A stretch of DNA of 64,000 nt from the human T2T-CHM13v2.0 reference genome, Homo sapiens. Both the position numbers and the translations under genes were made by a program. The stretch lies in NCBI RefSeq assembly GCF_009914755.1, contig NC_060941.1. One strand, 5' to 3'. The first letter of the stretch is position 1. Each line of letters opens with the position of its first letter. The notes under the pieces are model-generated. The model worked only from the letters and a program-made list of their open reading frames with translations. It did not search any database and was not told the origin of the DNA. This document shows, piece by piece, positions 29,186 to 49,969 of this stretch.

Positions 29186-30373
29186 GACAGAACAGTTTTC
29201 TAAGACAGCCACAAAGTGAACCCAAGAGATTAATACGGGAGGGCGGTCCAGAGGGCTTAGTCTCTGAGTGAATTCTGTGGTCATGAATTGAAAGTGTAAC
29301 AAATCAGAATCAGGTCATTTGAAGTGATTTTCTTGGGTGACATTTAGCTGCTCTGGTGTGGGTGAGCAGAAGTGAGACAGTTGGATTGGAGCAGGCTGGG
29401 GTTTGGCCAGGAGAGTGCAGCAGAGGCAGCGAGAAAAGGGTGCTGGGGGCCTCTCAAGAGAGCAGGGGGAATGGGGTTGGTGGCTGGAACCCAGGGCCCC
29501 CTGTCTGTATGTGCAGGGCTCTTGAAAGATGTGCACCACAGGGAGTCAATTTGGCTATGGTTTTTGAGTTTGTGCTCCACGACTGAAAATTCATTTATTT
29601 CCCACACCACCCTCTCTCCACTTCATTCCCTTTCATTCATTAGAGTAATTGTGAAAAGTATATGAAGTATCTCAATATTTTTTTGAGTATAAAAACCTAT
29701 TTTAAACATCAAATTGTTTTCTAGGCTTCCAAATGAGTTGTTTAACATCCACCGAGATAGAAAATATCTAATCAAAAGCTATACTAGGGGGACATTTATT
29801 TATGGAGCTATATATTTCACAGGTATTACCTCAATACAGTCTTATTTTATAAAATTTAAATACAGAGCAAACCATGGTCAGTTAAAATTTCCAAATGCGA
29901 GTCAAGGTTTATTGCTTATTAATGAAGGGTTCTAACACAGGTAGCAAAGGGAGTGAGCTGTTCAAAGATCCTGGGAGAGAGATTTGCCTCTCTTAGCTGG
30001 ACATGGACCTTTCTTTCTTGCCTCGTTGTCACCTAGCTAGACACAGCTTGTTGTCTGGCATCACGTGGTCATAAAAAAATCAGGTTCCTCTCAGTGGTGG
30101 GGCATGGATAATTTGGAACCACCATCAGACATGACTCGCTAATCAAAAACACCAAGTCACAGATCTGAGAAGTAAAGGATAGCGAATTGATCTGGGCCTA
30201 TTAATTGAATGTTTCAAGCAACAGGGTTTATATCCCGTTCACCCTCAGGTATCACTCACAGGCCCAGGGCCTGGCCTTTCACTGAAGCTCTCAAAACATA
30301 TCTCCAACCTGCTCTCAAAGACGATGAACGCACAATTTGCTTCCACCTCAGTTTTGGGCAAAACATCACTTTC

Positions 30374-30727
<354 letters not shown>

Positions 30728-31534
30728 TTATTACTCATACTCCCTTCCCTGTGGGCAACTGTATTAGCCAAATTTTGCATGGCTACCTGAGACTAGGTAA
30801 TTTATAAAGGAAAGAGGCTGAATTGGTTAATAGTTCTGCAGACTGTACAGGAAGCATGACGGCATATGCTTCCGGGTGAAATGGGAAAGGTTCCCTTGTC
30901 CCCCTCAGAGGGCACGTGATGGGGGCGTGGCTCCCTTCTTCAGTGCCCCACTGCTCAAACCTCTAGGGGAGCATACAGATGGGCAGGCTGTGGGGCTCCG
31001 ACCCCAAGGCAGTGTCTAGGGGTGAATGTTGGCAGCTCCTGAAGCCCCAGTGGGTGTGTGTTACAGGGTGCTCTTTTAGTGTGTGGTCTGTAGGCGGCTT
31101 GTGTTAACCAGCTCAAGTAGAGCCCCTTCCTTATCAGAAGGACAGAGGGATTTCTGTATCCCGGGGTTTCTTGCCTTGGTGTACCAGAATAATCGGATCA
31201 CACGCGGGCTTGGAGAATGAGTGCAAGGTTTTATATTGAGTAGAAGTAGCTCTCAGCAGATGGGGGAGTCAGAAGGCAGATGGTTTTCCCTTGGAGTCAG
31301 GCTGCTTGGCTGCCAGGCTCAACTCTGACCACTCAGGCCAAACTCCACATCCTTCCTCTGCTCGATGGCCTGCCGGCCTGCCAGTGCCTGGCGGCCTGCT
31401 CTTCTGCCAGCATGCTCTCCACGAGCAGGGGGTTGTGTCTTCTTCCGCCGATGTATTCCTTACGACGTCCAGCAGCTTTATGTCTGCCTGCAAGAGTCTT
31501 GTTTTTTTTGTCGTTTTGGTACAGAGTCTCTCTC

Positions 31535-32160
31535 AGAGATTAAATATTAATCAATATTATTAATATATCATATTAATATATCACATTGTATTAATATGAT
31601 AATAAAATATCACATTAATATAATATAACATTAATATAATATAAATATATAACATTAATATTAATAAATATAATAATATTCATAAATATAATATTAACAT
31701 ATTATATTATATAAATTGTATATTATATATGCATAATATATTTTATATAATATAAATATATTATATTATATATACTATAATATATAATAAATATATAAAT
31801 ATTAATATGATATAATATGTTATATATAGTATATAATAATTACATAATATATATGTAATATATGTAATTATATATTATATATTATAATTACATGATATAT
31901 ATGTAATTATATATAATATAATGTATGTAATTATATATAATATTTTATGTTATAATATATATCATATGTAATTACAATATATGCATTATATATGTAATCA
32001 TAATATATATGTAATTATATAATATATGTAATTATATATAATATATATTTAATTATAATTAAAATTATATATGTAATTATATTATAATTAGAATTATATA
32101 TAATATAATATATTATAATTACCTATATTATATATGTAATTATAACTATAATTATAATAT
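31535..32160. repeat. AT-rich low-complexity/minisatellite block
   Basis: ~625 bp almost without G/C; recurring TATGTAATTATA and ATTAATAT units in both orientations. Confidence 0.95.
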
Positions 32161-33859
<1,699 letters not shown>

Positions 33860-34349
33860 GGGTCTTGTGTTTTTATAGGCACAGGATGGGCCCCTGGCGG
33901 TCCAGGGTGGTCTTGGGAAATGCAACATTTGGGCGGGAAGGCAGGAGCGCCTGTCCTCAGCTACGTCCATGGGGGTGGAGCCCTAGCCAGGGACCAAGCC
34001 CTCCTTTACCCAGCACTTTCCTTCCCTGCTCCCGAATCATGGGTAGGACTCAGGCAGCTTCCAGTCATGGCGAAAGGCAAAGGAGGAGGGAGGTGTCACA
34101 CATGACAGAGCAGGAACAAGAGACAATGGTGCAGGAGGTACTATACACTTTGTAAGTATATAGTGATCCCGTGAGTGAGATATCGCGAGATCTCACTATC
34201 ACGAGAACAGCACCAAGTAGACAGTGCTAACCATTCATGAGAAATCCACCCCCAAGATCCAATCACCTCCCACCAGGCCCCACCTCCAACATTGGGGATT
34301 ACAGTTCAAGATGATATTGGGTGGGGACACAGATCCAAACCATATCAGT

Positions 34350-35590
34350 AACCAACATCAACACCTTGGGTTCCATTCTTCCAATGTCTTTGTGTGTGTT
34401 TGTGTGTATGTGTGTGTGTGTAAGAAAAATATAAACATAAATGGTGCCATACCATGCAAATTATTTTTCAATTTTATTTTACTTTTTGATAAGTGTTGGG
34501 CATCTTTCTATGTCAGTGCATGAAGGACTACTACATTATTTTAATGTATGCAGAGAATTCCATGGTCCCACAGTAGGTCAATCTTTAGCCACTCTCCTAT
34601 TGATACACATCTACAAATTTCCCAACCCCCAGCGTTTTGTGCTAGCAAACCAGGGTACAAAAACTGCTTTTGTATGTATATCTTTGTGCGCAGGTGGGTT
34701 TCCAGGAATGAAATTGCTAGGGTAAAGGGAATGCCCATTTAAACATTGGTCGATGACGCCTAATGGGTTCCAAATGACCTCACAAGTTCTCAAATGCTTC
34801 CAGCAAGTATCTGAAAGCAGTTTTCATACATCCTTGCTAATATTTGTTACTATCAATCTTTTTAATTTTTTGGCAATATAATGAGTATAAAATAATATCT
34901 CATTATTGTTTTAATTTTCATTTCCCTGGTTACTAGCGGAAGCTGTGCATTTTCTCCTATGATTATCGGCATTTCTATTTTTCTTCTGTGAATTGCCTAT
35001 TTATATCATTTGTCTGATTTTATTGTGTGTTTTATTGATTTGTATATAATCTTGATATAGTTTGGCTATAAATTCTATGTGAGATAAGTGTGTTGCATAT
35101 AATGTCTTCTATTTGCTGTTTGTATTTTAACTGTATTTGAGGTGCCATTTTTCAACAAAAATGTTTTAAAATTTTATGAGATTAAAAATGTTAATCCTCT
35201 ATTATATGGCTTCTGGGTTATATGTCTTGTTTTAGGAAAATCTTTCCAATACCAAGATTATAATAATTACATCATAGTTTTATTCCAACTCTTTTATAGT
35301 TTTTTTTTTACATTTAGCATTTTTATCTAACAGGAATTTATTTTTTGTATGGTACAAGTTATGTATCTAAGTTATTTTTTTCAAATGGATATGGAGTTTT
35401 CTTTAAACTGTTTATTGAATAGTTCTTTCTTTCCTAGGAATTCAAAATGCTTTTATAGCAAATAATATTTTGCTACTAATAATAAATGCACTTAGAACAG
35501 TTTCTAATTCCTTATTATATCATTACTGTAGTCATTGTAGATGAAATTGCCATATATACACAAAACGATTCCATTCCTGTGATCCGTATA
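34350..35590 (-). mobile_element. Ancient L1M 3' region
   Basis: TCTCATTATTGTTTTAATTTTCATTTCCCTGGTTACTAG; TTCTTCTGTGAATTGCCT. Confidence 0.75.
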
Positions 35591-35594
35591 TCTA

Positions 35595-35965
35595 TTTATC
35601 TCAGTCAGTTCAGGCTGCCGTCATAGAATACCATAGGCTGGGTGACTTAAACAACAGAAATTTCTTGCTCACAGTTTCGAAGACTGGGAAGCCTAAGATT
35701 AGGGTGTCTGCACAATAAGATTTTGTTGAGGAAAAGGTACTTTCTTGGTCCACAGATGGTTGTCTTCTTTCTGTGTCCTCACATGGCACAGAGCAGAGAA
35801 AGGAATCAGGCTGTTTGCTGTTTCTTCTTATAAGGGCACCAATCTTGTCATGACGGCTCTAGTCACACGACCTAATGACCTCCCAAAGTCCCCGCTCCAG
35901 ATACTGTCATTCGGGAGGCCATGGTTTCAACACAGGAAGTTTTGGGGGGACATAAAAATAAACAT
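35595..35965 (-). mobile_element. MLT1A-like MaLR LTR
   Basis: CCATAGGCTGGGTGACTTAAACAACAGAAATTT; TCTTCTTATAAGGGCAC. Confidence 0.8.
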
Positions 35966-36081
35966 AATCCACTCCACTATTTGTATGCCTACACCACATC
36001 ATTTAAATAAATATGTGCGTAATCTTTGTTCTAACATCTATCTGGGCAAATCCTCCCTCATTTTCTATTATTTGGCATTTT

Positions 36082-36370
36082 CTTTTTTCTTTTTCTTTTT
36101 TTTTGAGATGGAGTCTCACTCTGTTGCCCAGGCTGGAATGCAGTGGTACCATCACTACAACCTCTGTCTCCAGGTTCAAGCGATTCTCCTGCCTCCTGCC
36201 TCTGAGACTACAGGTGTGTGCCACCACACCCGGCTAATTTTTGTATTTTTAATAGAGATGGGGTTTCCCCACGTTGGCCAGGCTGGTCTCGAACTCCTGA
36301 CCTCATGTGATCCACCCACCGCAGCCTCCCAAAAGGCTGGGATTACAGGCATGAGCCACTGCACCTGACC
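36082..36370 (-). mobile_element. AluS with small internal deletions
   Basis: Antisense dimer. Confidence 0.93.
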
Positions 36371-36459
36371 TATCTTTTGGCATTTTCTTGAGGATAGTCA
36401 TACATACATGATTCAACCTCTACTCCTCTGTTGGTTGGAAGTCATATACTCTTCTGAAG

Positions 36460-36618
36460 TTTTTTTTTGTTTTGTTTTGTTTTTTTTTTTTTTTTTTTTT
36501 TTTTTGGCAGAGTATCTCTCTGTCGCCCAGGCTGGAGTGCAGTTGCGCAATCTCACTGCCACCGCAGTGGCACCATCACTGCGAGCTCTGCCTCCCAGGT
36601 TCATACCATTCTCCTGCC
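36460..36618 (-). mobile_element. Truncated, rearranged Alu right arm
   Basis: Long T tract then TGTCGCCCAGGCTGGAGTGCAG; ends at TTCTCCTGCC. Confidence 0.85.
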
Positions 36619-36639
36619 ATGATCTCTCTAGATAACAAT

Positions 36640-38295
<1,656 letters not shown>

Positions 38296-38297
38296 TA

Positions 38298-39205
<908 letters not shown>

Positions 39206-39589
39206 AAAAGTTGCTTTTAAATATTGTGTCCATCTTTGTTTGTCTCTGAGGTGCGCGTGTAGGTCGGTTTAAAGCAAAATGGTTTGCCATTATTTGAAGT
39301 GGAAGTCCTACATTTTCTTTTTCATTTAAATTTTGGAATTAGCGTTGTCAAGTTTAACAATCTCTCTTTGGAATTTCGAATGTGATTACTTTGTATTTAT
39401 AGATACATTTGGAGGAGAATAGACATTTTTACAGTATTGAGTCTTTCCATTCAAGCTTATTTAAAATTTATCTTATGCCTTAGTAAAGTTTTATACTTTT
39501 ATTAATCGATAAATTGTCCACTCATTTATAAATTTATTTCTGAGTATTTTTATAAATTTCATTGTTAATGAGAATGAGATCCTCTATTC

Positions 39590-39815
39590 CATGAGCTGGC
39601 AATCTTTGTTTGTGAAGGGCCAGATAGTAAATATTTTAAGCTTTGTGGACCATATGATCTCTCTTTCAAATAACCAACTGTACCATTGCAGTCTCAAAGC
39701 AGCCCCAGACAATATATGAACAAATTGGTATAGCTATACTGAAATAAAACTTTATTTACAAAAACAGGTTGTGGAACGGGCTTGGCCGCATGGGCCATAA
39801 TGTGCCAAGTCCTAC
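39590..39815 (+). mobile_element. MER58A hAT MITE
   Basis: AAGGGCCAGATAGTAAATATTTT...AATAAAACTTTATTTACAAAAACAGG. Confidence 0.85.
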
Positions 39816-39884
39816 TCTATCCTATTACGTTTTTCCAACTGTGAATTTGTGTTTTAAAGCTATTGATTTAAAAACTTTAATCTT

Positions 39885-42577
<2,693 letters not shown>

Positions 42578-42584
42578 TAATCTT

Positions 42585-43700
42585 AAAGTTAGCAAATTTA
42601 ATAAACTCTGATTAGTTCTACTGCTTTTTCATCTGATTCTCCTGGATTTTCCAGAGAGGTGAGTATATGGTCTGTAATGCTGACAAATCTTCCTCTTTTT
42701 ACCTGATAATTACACATTCTATTTAATTTTTGTGTCTTGTTGCATTGACTAGAACCTCCAGTACAATGCTGTGTAATTAGAGTGATAACAATCATCTTAA
42801 TATTTTATATTTTCTGTTATGAAAATATTTCAGATGTTTTTACCATTATCTGTGATGTCTGCTGTGAGTGATTGACAGATTAGCTTTGTAAGATTAAAAA
42901 AGTTTTCTTCTATTTCTAGCCTACTGGGGGCTTAAGAATGTTGAATTTGATCAAATACTTTTCCACCATCAATTGAGATAATCTCATGTTTTTATTCATT
43001 TACTTTATTAATGTGATGATTTACAACGACTAATTTCCTGACATTCAATTGCTCATATATTTCTGGGGAAAATTTTTTCTTTGTGATAATGTATTAGTAG
43101 TTTAGTACATTGCTGCATTTGATATGCAAATATATTATTTAACATTTTCACATTCAAGAGCTTGAATGAGATTGGCTTTCAGGATATTTTTTGGTGTTAC
43201 ACTTACTCAGTTTTGGTATCATGGTTATGGATAACTTACAGAATGAATTGAGATAAATTCTATGGAAACTTCATCTGAAATATTTCATATAATTAGGTAT
43301 TTTCTGTTTATTCAGGATTCGGTATAACTGGTCCCCAAATCTTCATAATGTTGTGCCTATTTGGAGTGTAATTATTGACCATTATTTCAATTTCTTCCAA
43401 AATTAATTCATTCAGAATTTCTGTCCGTACTTGAGTACATCGAGGTAATTTTCCAAGAAAATAATTTATTTTTATCTAACTTTAAAAATCTATTTGATAA
43501 AATTATCAATTTTTTCCTATACTAAAAAAATCTTTTCCATATCTATAATTTAGGCATGTTTCTGATTCTGAATGTTATTTATTTTGCTGTTTCTCTTATT
43601 TCTTCACTGTAATTACTGGAGATCTGTACATTTTATTGGTATTTTTAAAAAGCTTTCATTTTACTGATCAAGTCTACTCTTTGTTCTATTTGGTTTTTGC
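42585..43700 (-). mobile_element. Ancient L1M ORF2 region (continues 39300-39870)
   Basis: TTGCATTGACTAGAACCTCCAGTACAATG; GAATGTTGAATTTGATCAAAT. Confidence 0.7.
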
Positions 43701-44823
43701 TTTCATATACTATGCTATTACTACCTATGTCCAGAGGGAAAATATTTTCATATATTATTAGTGAGATTTTGATGGTTAACATTTTAATTTTTCAGGTATT
43801 TGATTAATTTGAAAGAGATACTTTATTCCTCTTTGAAAGCCTGTTCTGAGTGCTACTGAACTCTTAGTTCATCTGTGCATTGAGCGTGATTCCTCTCTGA
43901 CATAGCGTTGGTTTTCTGTAAGTGCTTGATGGGTTTTTATGTGTCCTCACTTCCAGGACACCTGAGCACTGTGTTTCCTGTGGCCCATCTGTGGCTATTA
44001 TGAAGGAGGGGTGGGGCACACTCAGGAGTGACGGCTTGATCGGGAGCTCGTTTTCCTGAGCGTGCCATCCTTCCTCGTGGTCAGTGTGGTCCGATGGCCT
44101 CACTGGCCACGTTGGACACAGCTTCACACTCTTGGCCTCAACACTATCTGTCCAGGGGAGAGGGGCGGGGCTGAGCTGCAAGGAGTCGTGATAACACCTG
44201 TGCAATGTGTCTATCAGGGAAGCTTGTTAGAGATTCAGCTACCCTGAGTGCTGCTTCCCACTCATGCCCTCTCTGAATGACCAGAGTCTACTCTCTCTTC
44301 TATTGAAGGCCTTTGAGTTTGGAATTCCCTGGAATGACTTCTCCCTTCAATGGGGTCTTCTCCTTCAGCAGTTTCCTGTGGTTTTGTTTCATTTCAGATA
44401 AAATCCAGTTTATATTTCTCAAAAACGTTCACCATTTCTGAAATACAAGTATCACTTTTTATTGTTTTCCTGGCCTATTATATATTTTTAAAGTCATTTT
44501 ATTTTGTTTCATAGAATTATAAATAGCCATGCTCACTACTACACATGCAATTGCACTTTTAAATGGGTCCGTGTTTTATTAACCTCAAACACTTATCCAC
44601 ATTTGAAAGATAGTTGTATATCTCTACAAGAGATGAGAGTTACACAAATATAAACTACATAAGAGTTTTTCTGTACCGAGAGTATTTAGTACTCCTGTGA
44701 ATTCAAGGCTCTGCAGTGATCTACTGCAGTATACAGGAGGAGAATAATGAGCTAAACCTCCAGACCAAATAGGGTGGCCACAGATTAGTACAGTAAGGCA
44801 AGTAAAAAGGAAAATGAATATAA

Positions 44824-45261
<438 letters not shown>

Positions 45262-45337
45262 TAAGGAAAAATATGTTTGCTGAATACGGGTTTGATGGCT
45301 TTCAGTCTGTTTGCTAGTGATTGTTAAACACGATACG

Positions 45338-45908
45338 TGTGTTGGAGGTCCCCGAGATCCTCCCCATGGTGGATTTGCTAGGGAGACTCGCAGGACTCAA
45401 CATGTAGTTGTTGTCACAGCTGTGGTTCATTACAGCAAAAGGATACAAAGAAAAATGAGCCCAGGGAAAAGGCATGTGAGGTAAAGTCTGGAGAAAGCCA
45501 GGTGCAAGTTTTCCAAAGTTGTCTCTAGTGAAGCCACACAGGACACACGTAAGTCCTCCAGCAATGAGTTGTGATAACACCTTTGAAATGTGTCTATCAG
45601 TGAAGCTCATTAGAGATTCATTGCCAAGGGTTTTTATTGGGAGCAGGTCACTAGGTACTCTGTGTCTAGCATGGACCAAATTTGGTTCTGGCTTTCCAGA
45701 AGAAAAGCAGGTGTCAGCATAAACCATATTGTGCATGCAAATGGTTTAAGCACAGGGAGCCATTCTTACCCTTTAGGCAAAATTTTGCATCAGGATAAAG
45801 AACTGTCTACCATTCAAGTTCCCAGATGCCAGCCAAGGACCGGCTTTGTAAGCAGCCCTTTCTAAGGACAGCAGTCCTGGCCCTACTATGTGAACTCTTT
45901 TCTGCACC
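45338..45908 (-). mobile_element. MER68-like (MER21/MER68 group) ERVL LTR
   Basis: Minus strand starts GTGCAGAAAAGAGTTCACATAG; ~570 bp. Confidence 0.75.
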
Positions 45909-46225
45909 ATCCCTAACCTTTGCTTTTGAGTAGAGTGATGGAGCAAATAACACGTTACTGACTAAATCTGCAACACAGCTTTTTTCCCCTTCTTTTTTCC
46001 TACTCAAAAGCCAGGAGCACGTGGGGCTGCTTCAACTTTCTTACAAAATTGGTGTGTGAGAGTTCTTATTGATTGCCATAATCTGACCAATCCATTCAAT
46101 GACTGATTACTTCTTTCATGAAATACTTGCAGCGTGTCTACTATATACTAGATGCTGATATGGAGACGGATGGAGGGGTGCATTTGTTTAATAGTCAAAT
46201 GCTTGCACCTGACCCATAAATGTAG

Positions 46226-46622
<397 letters not shown>

Positions 46623-46649
46623 CCTGCCATTCTTCTTACAATTCCGATG

Positions 46650-48460
46650 ACTTCAATTTCTCCCTATAAACTTATGCTTCTTGAAACTATATCTCTAGCC
46701 TAAATCCCTCTCCCATTTTCCTAAGACCCCCATATCTGACTGTGGACTATCTCCTTAGGGCTCCTCCACAGCTGTCTCAAATTCAGTTTATTCAAGACTG
46801 AACTTGGCATTTTCCCCCAAGTCTGTTCCTCCTCTTTATGTTTCATATTCTGGTTAATGGTATCTCCATTTATCCCACTAATAAAATTACCTGGAAGTGA
46901 TTGTTGACTCTTTCCTCTCCTCCCATCCCTAAAGCCTTGGTCACTTAGCAGTTAACTATTGCTGGGTAACACACCACCCCAGAAGTCAATGGCTTAAAAC
47001 AATTGTTGTTATCACTGGCGGCCGAGTGAGCTGTGCCGGGCTTAGCTGGCGTGTCTCTCCTCTTCTTCCCAGGTCCATAAAAACACACCAAACCTCTCAA
47101 GGCACCAGCTTGGAACGGCATAGTGTTACCTCTGCCTTACTCTATTACCCAAGTAAGTCACAGGGCTGAACCCATACTCTGCCCGTTCAGTGGGAGGAGC
47201 TTCAAAGTCAAAAGGGAAAGGGTGTGGATAGGAGAAGAGGTGAAGAATTGGAACCAATAGTGCAATTGCCCATGTTCACAAAGCCCTGGAGCAGTTCCCT
47301 CTTAAGTACCACCTCTTGCCTTCCATCGCCTTTGCTATGGCCCTTGTTCAGACCTTCTCAGTGCTCTCCTGGCCTACTGCAACATCCCTCTCTTGGATGT
47401 TCTTGCTTTTAGACTCTCCATAGGGCATCAGGTCTAGCTAGATGCAAATCTGAACTGAAGTGAAGAGTCCTCTAGGGCTCCCTGTACCCTCGGAGAAAGT
47501 CTGAGTTCATGCATGGCTTTCCATGATGCAGACCCTTCCTGGTGCCTGAAGCTTAGTTTCCGCTACTCTCCTTTTTCATCTTTTTATTCTGCCTTGCTAA
47601 GTTCTCTGGAGTTCCCACACACACTACGCAGTTTCACACCATCATGCTTTTGCACAGGTTACCTCGTGGGCCTGGAAAGTCCTTTCCCTCTTGCCTGCCC
47701 AGGGAGGCCCTCCACACCCTTCATTACTCTGTGGCATATTTTTCCCTGAAGTTTTCCAGAACTCTCCCCAGCCAAGGTGACTGTGCCTCCCTTAGTGTCC
47801 CCACCACCCTGGAACCCTGTGGGTTATACATGTATATAACATCTAATCATGTGGCCATGACCTTCTCTAGGCCTCATGTGTTGTATGCACCATTGTATGG
47901 CACAAAATGGCTAATATCAAGCTACAACAGCAAAGCTGAGTAGATGTGTCCAAGGCCATATGGCCTGCAAAGCCTGAAATATTTACTACCTGACCCTTTA
48001 CAGAAAAAGTTGATTCAGAGGTTTGCACTTGGACCAGAAAGGCGACTTCCTAGGGTGAGTTGGTGGCTAACAACTCAGTGGGGCTTGGGCTGGATTTCCC
48101 CAACATGCTCATCAGGAAGGCAAAACCGGAAGTGCTGATAGCACTCAGGGCAGTGTTCCCGTACTCCTGGCCATTCTGTGTTGATTGGCATGACAAGTGT
48201 GGAAGTGTAGAGGCTCTTTTGTGATCTTGGGACAGGCTGGGAGCTTCTGTTCTCATTGTGCATTTCTGCTCTGTGGGCTTGGTGCTGCTGGTGGGGACAA
48301 CCCAGGTCTGGCCTCCACAGGGACAATCACAGGGCATGCAGGTCTAAAGTCAAGGCCCCTTCAGAGGACTCTCCCTGTGGTCTGTATACCTTCTTGCTAA
48401 TTTTAGCAAGAATTCAATATATTTTTCACCAAATGATGGATGAATAGAGGGATGGTTGGT
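46650..48460 (+). mobile_element. L2 interrupted by an MLT1 (~46945-47265) and by the 47907-48392 insertion
   Basis: L2 body phrases; L2 tail TGGCACA...TCAATATATTT...GATGGATGAAT split by the insertion. Confidence 0.6.
47907..48392 (+). repeat. Composite local duplication of 48911-49070 plus 50025-50341
   Basis: Two colinear alignments; the second is 317 bp, ungapped, ~30 mismatches. Confidence 0.95.
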
Positions 48461-48804
48461 TGATTTCAGGTTCACAGGAAGAGGGTATTAAAGACTGCCT
48501 TTATACCTTGTGGGTGACATTAAATTGGAGCAATCATAAAATGAAACAGGGTTATATTTCTTCTAGTATTAATATACAGTAATTCTAATTGGACTCCTAT
48601 GGTAATTCTTACTGGACTTATTTTTCACTTTGAGACTCAATTAATTTAGCAATTTTAATTGGGTGTGTGGAAATTCTTATAGGCCAATGCAGATATTGTT
48701 GTACATGTAAAACTTTTAGAGGTTAATCTAAATATTAGATCTTATTCTCTGGGGAGAGTTTGGGAGCAGCCACCATGGAACTGAATGCTACTAACAATTT
48801 AGAG

Positions 48805-49016
48805 CAGGGTTCAGCAAAATATGGCGGACAGGCCAAATTTAGCTTGCAGCTAATTTTGTAAATAAAGGTTTCCAGGAACACAGCCACACTTATTCATTTA
48901 TATATTGTCTATGGCTAATTTCAAGCTACAACAGCAAAGCTGAGTAGATGTGTCCAAGGCCATATGGCTTGCAGAGCCTGAAATATTTACTATCTGACCC
49001 TTTACAGAAAAGGTTG
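48805..49016 (-). mobile_element. MER58A hAT MITE (source of the first duplicated segment)
   Basis: CAGGGTTCAGCAAA...GCCTGAAATATTTACTATCTGACCCTTTACAGAAAA. Confidence 0.85.
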
Positions 49017-49969
49017 ATTTAGAGGCTTACACTTCAGGGCTTCCTAGGGTGAGTTGATGCCTAACAGCTCTGTAAATGTCCTGTGACCCCTCTTTTTATT
49101 TCATTTGGAAAAGATGCTGGGATTTCGCCAATGCTTAGAATTATATTTAATACATATGAGATTCCTGGGAGATACTTTGACAGGCATTATAAAGCATCTA
49201 CTATGTGCTAAGTGCTAGAGATGCAAAGACCATCGGGCTTGCAAAGTCTAACCTTTTGCTGAGATGTTTTGGGCCCAACACTGCTGTCCAGCCATGGGGC
49301 TGTCTGTGAACCTGAGAATCATTATTCTGGGAGGGGTGAGATTTCCAATTGAGGCTTTTATTGACCTTTATGATCTGAGACTCAGAACCAAGCGATATTG
49401 GGAAGGACACACAGGCTTATGGAAGTTGTCCAACTTGAACAGTTTGGGTGAGATTTATCTGCAGGAGTGGCAGGCTTATTTCCCCTGACAATTTTTTTAT
49501 GTTTCATTGGTCTTATTTCACTGCTTGGGAAAGATTTTCCCCTAATATTTTTTTGTTTATTTTTTTTATCTGGTGATAATGTTTTTGAAAATACTAAGTG
49601 GTAGAAAAGACCACTCGGACACAGGGGATTTGAGCAAACCTAGGGCTTGGAAGAGACCTTTTGTCCTGATGAGTCCCCAGCACCATCATTAGAGCCAATG
49701 GCAGAGCTGCCCTGGGGTTCCTGGACCTCCTCCTGGCCAGTGAACTGGAGTCTTGCATCCCGTGACCATGAGAGACGCATTCTCTCCGAGTGTTCTTGGA
49801 TCTTGGCATCCTTATTAGGGGAATCAGAGTTGAGGGCGATGGAGTGTCCCAAGATCTGGGAGAGAAGAGGCTGCCCCAGGAGGTGCCAATGCTGCTACTG
49901 AAGCCTGGGTTTTCAGTGGAGGATATTTGAGCAACTCAGTGACTGGAAAAGGGGTTAAGCTGCAACCAA

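Noticed and set aside
47907-48392. Spliced retrocopy as the origin of the composite duplication
   Set aside because: The skipped segment does not give the observed junction with GT-AG on either strand, and there is no poly(A) or TSD.
48990-49055. Micro-exon from a MER58A-derived TTTACAG acceptor and an AGG/GTGAGT donor (also present in the duplicated copy)
   Set aside because: The pyrimidine tract is short and the putative branch point is very close to the AG; there is no independent support.
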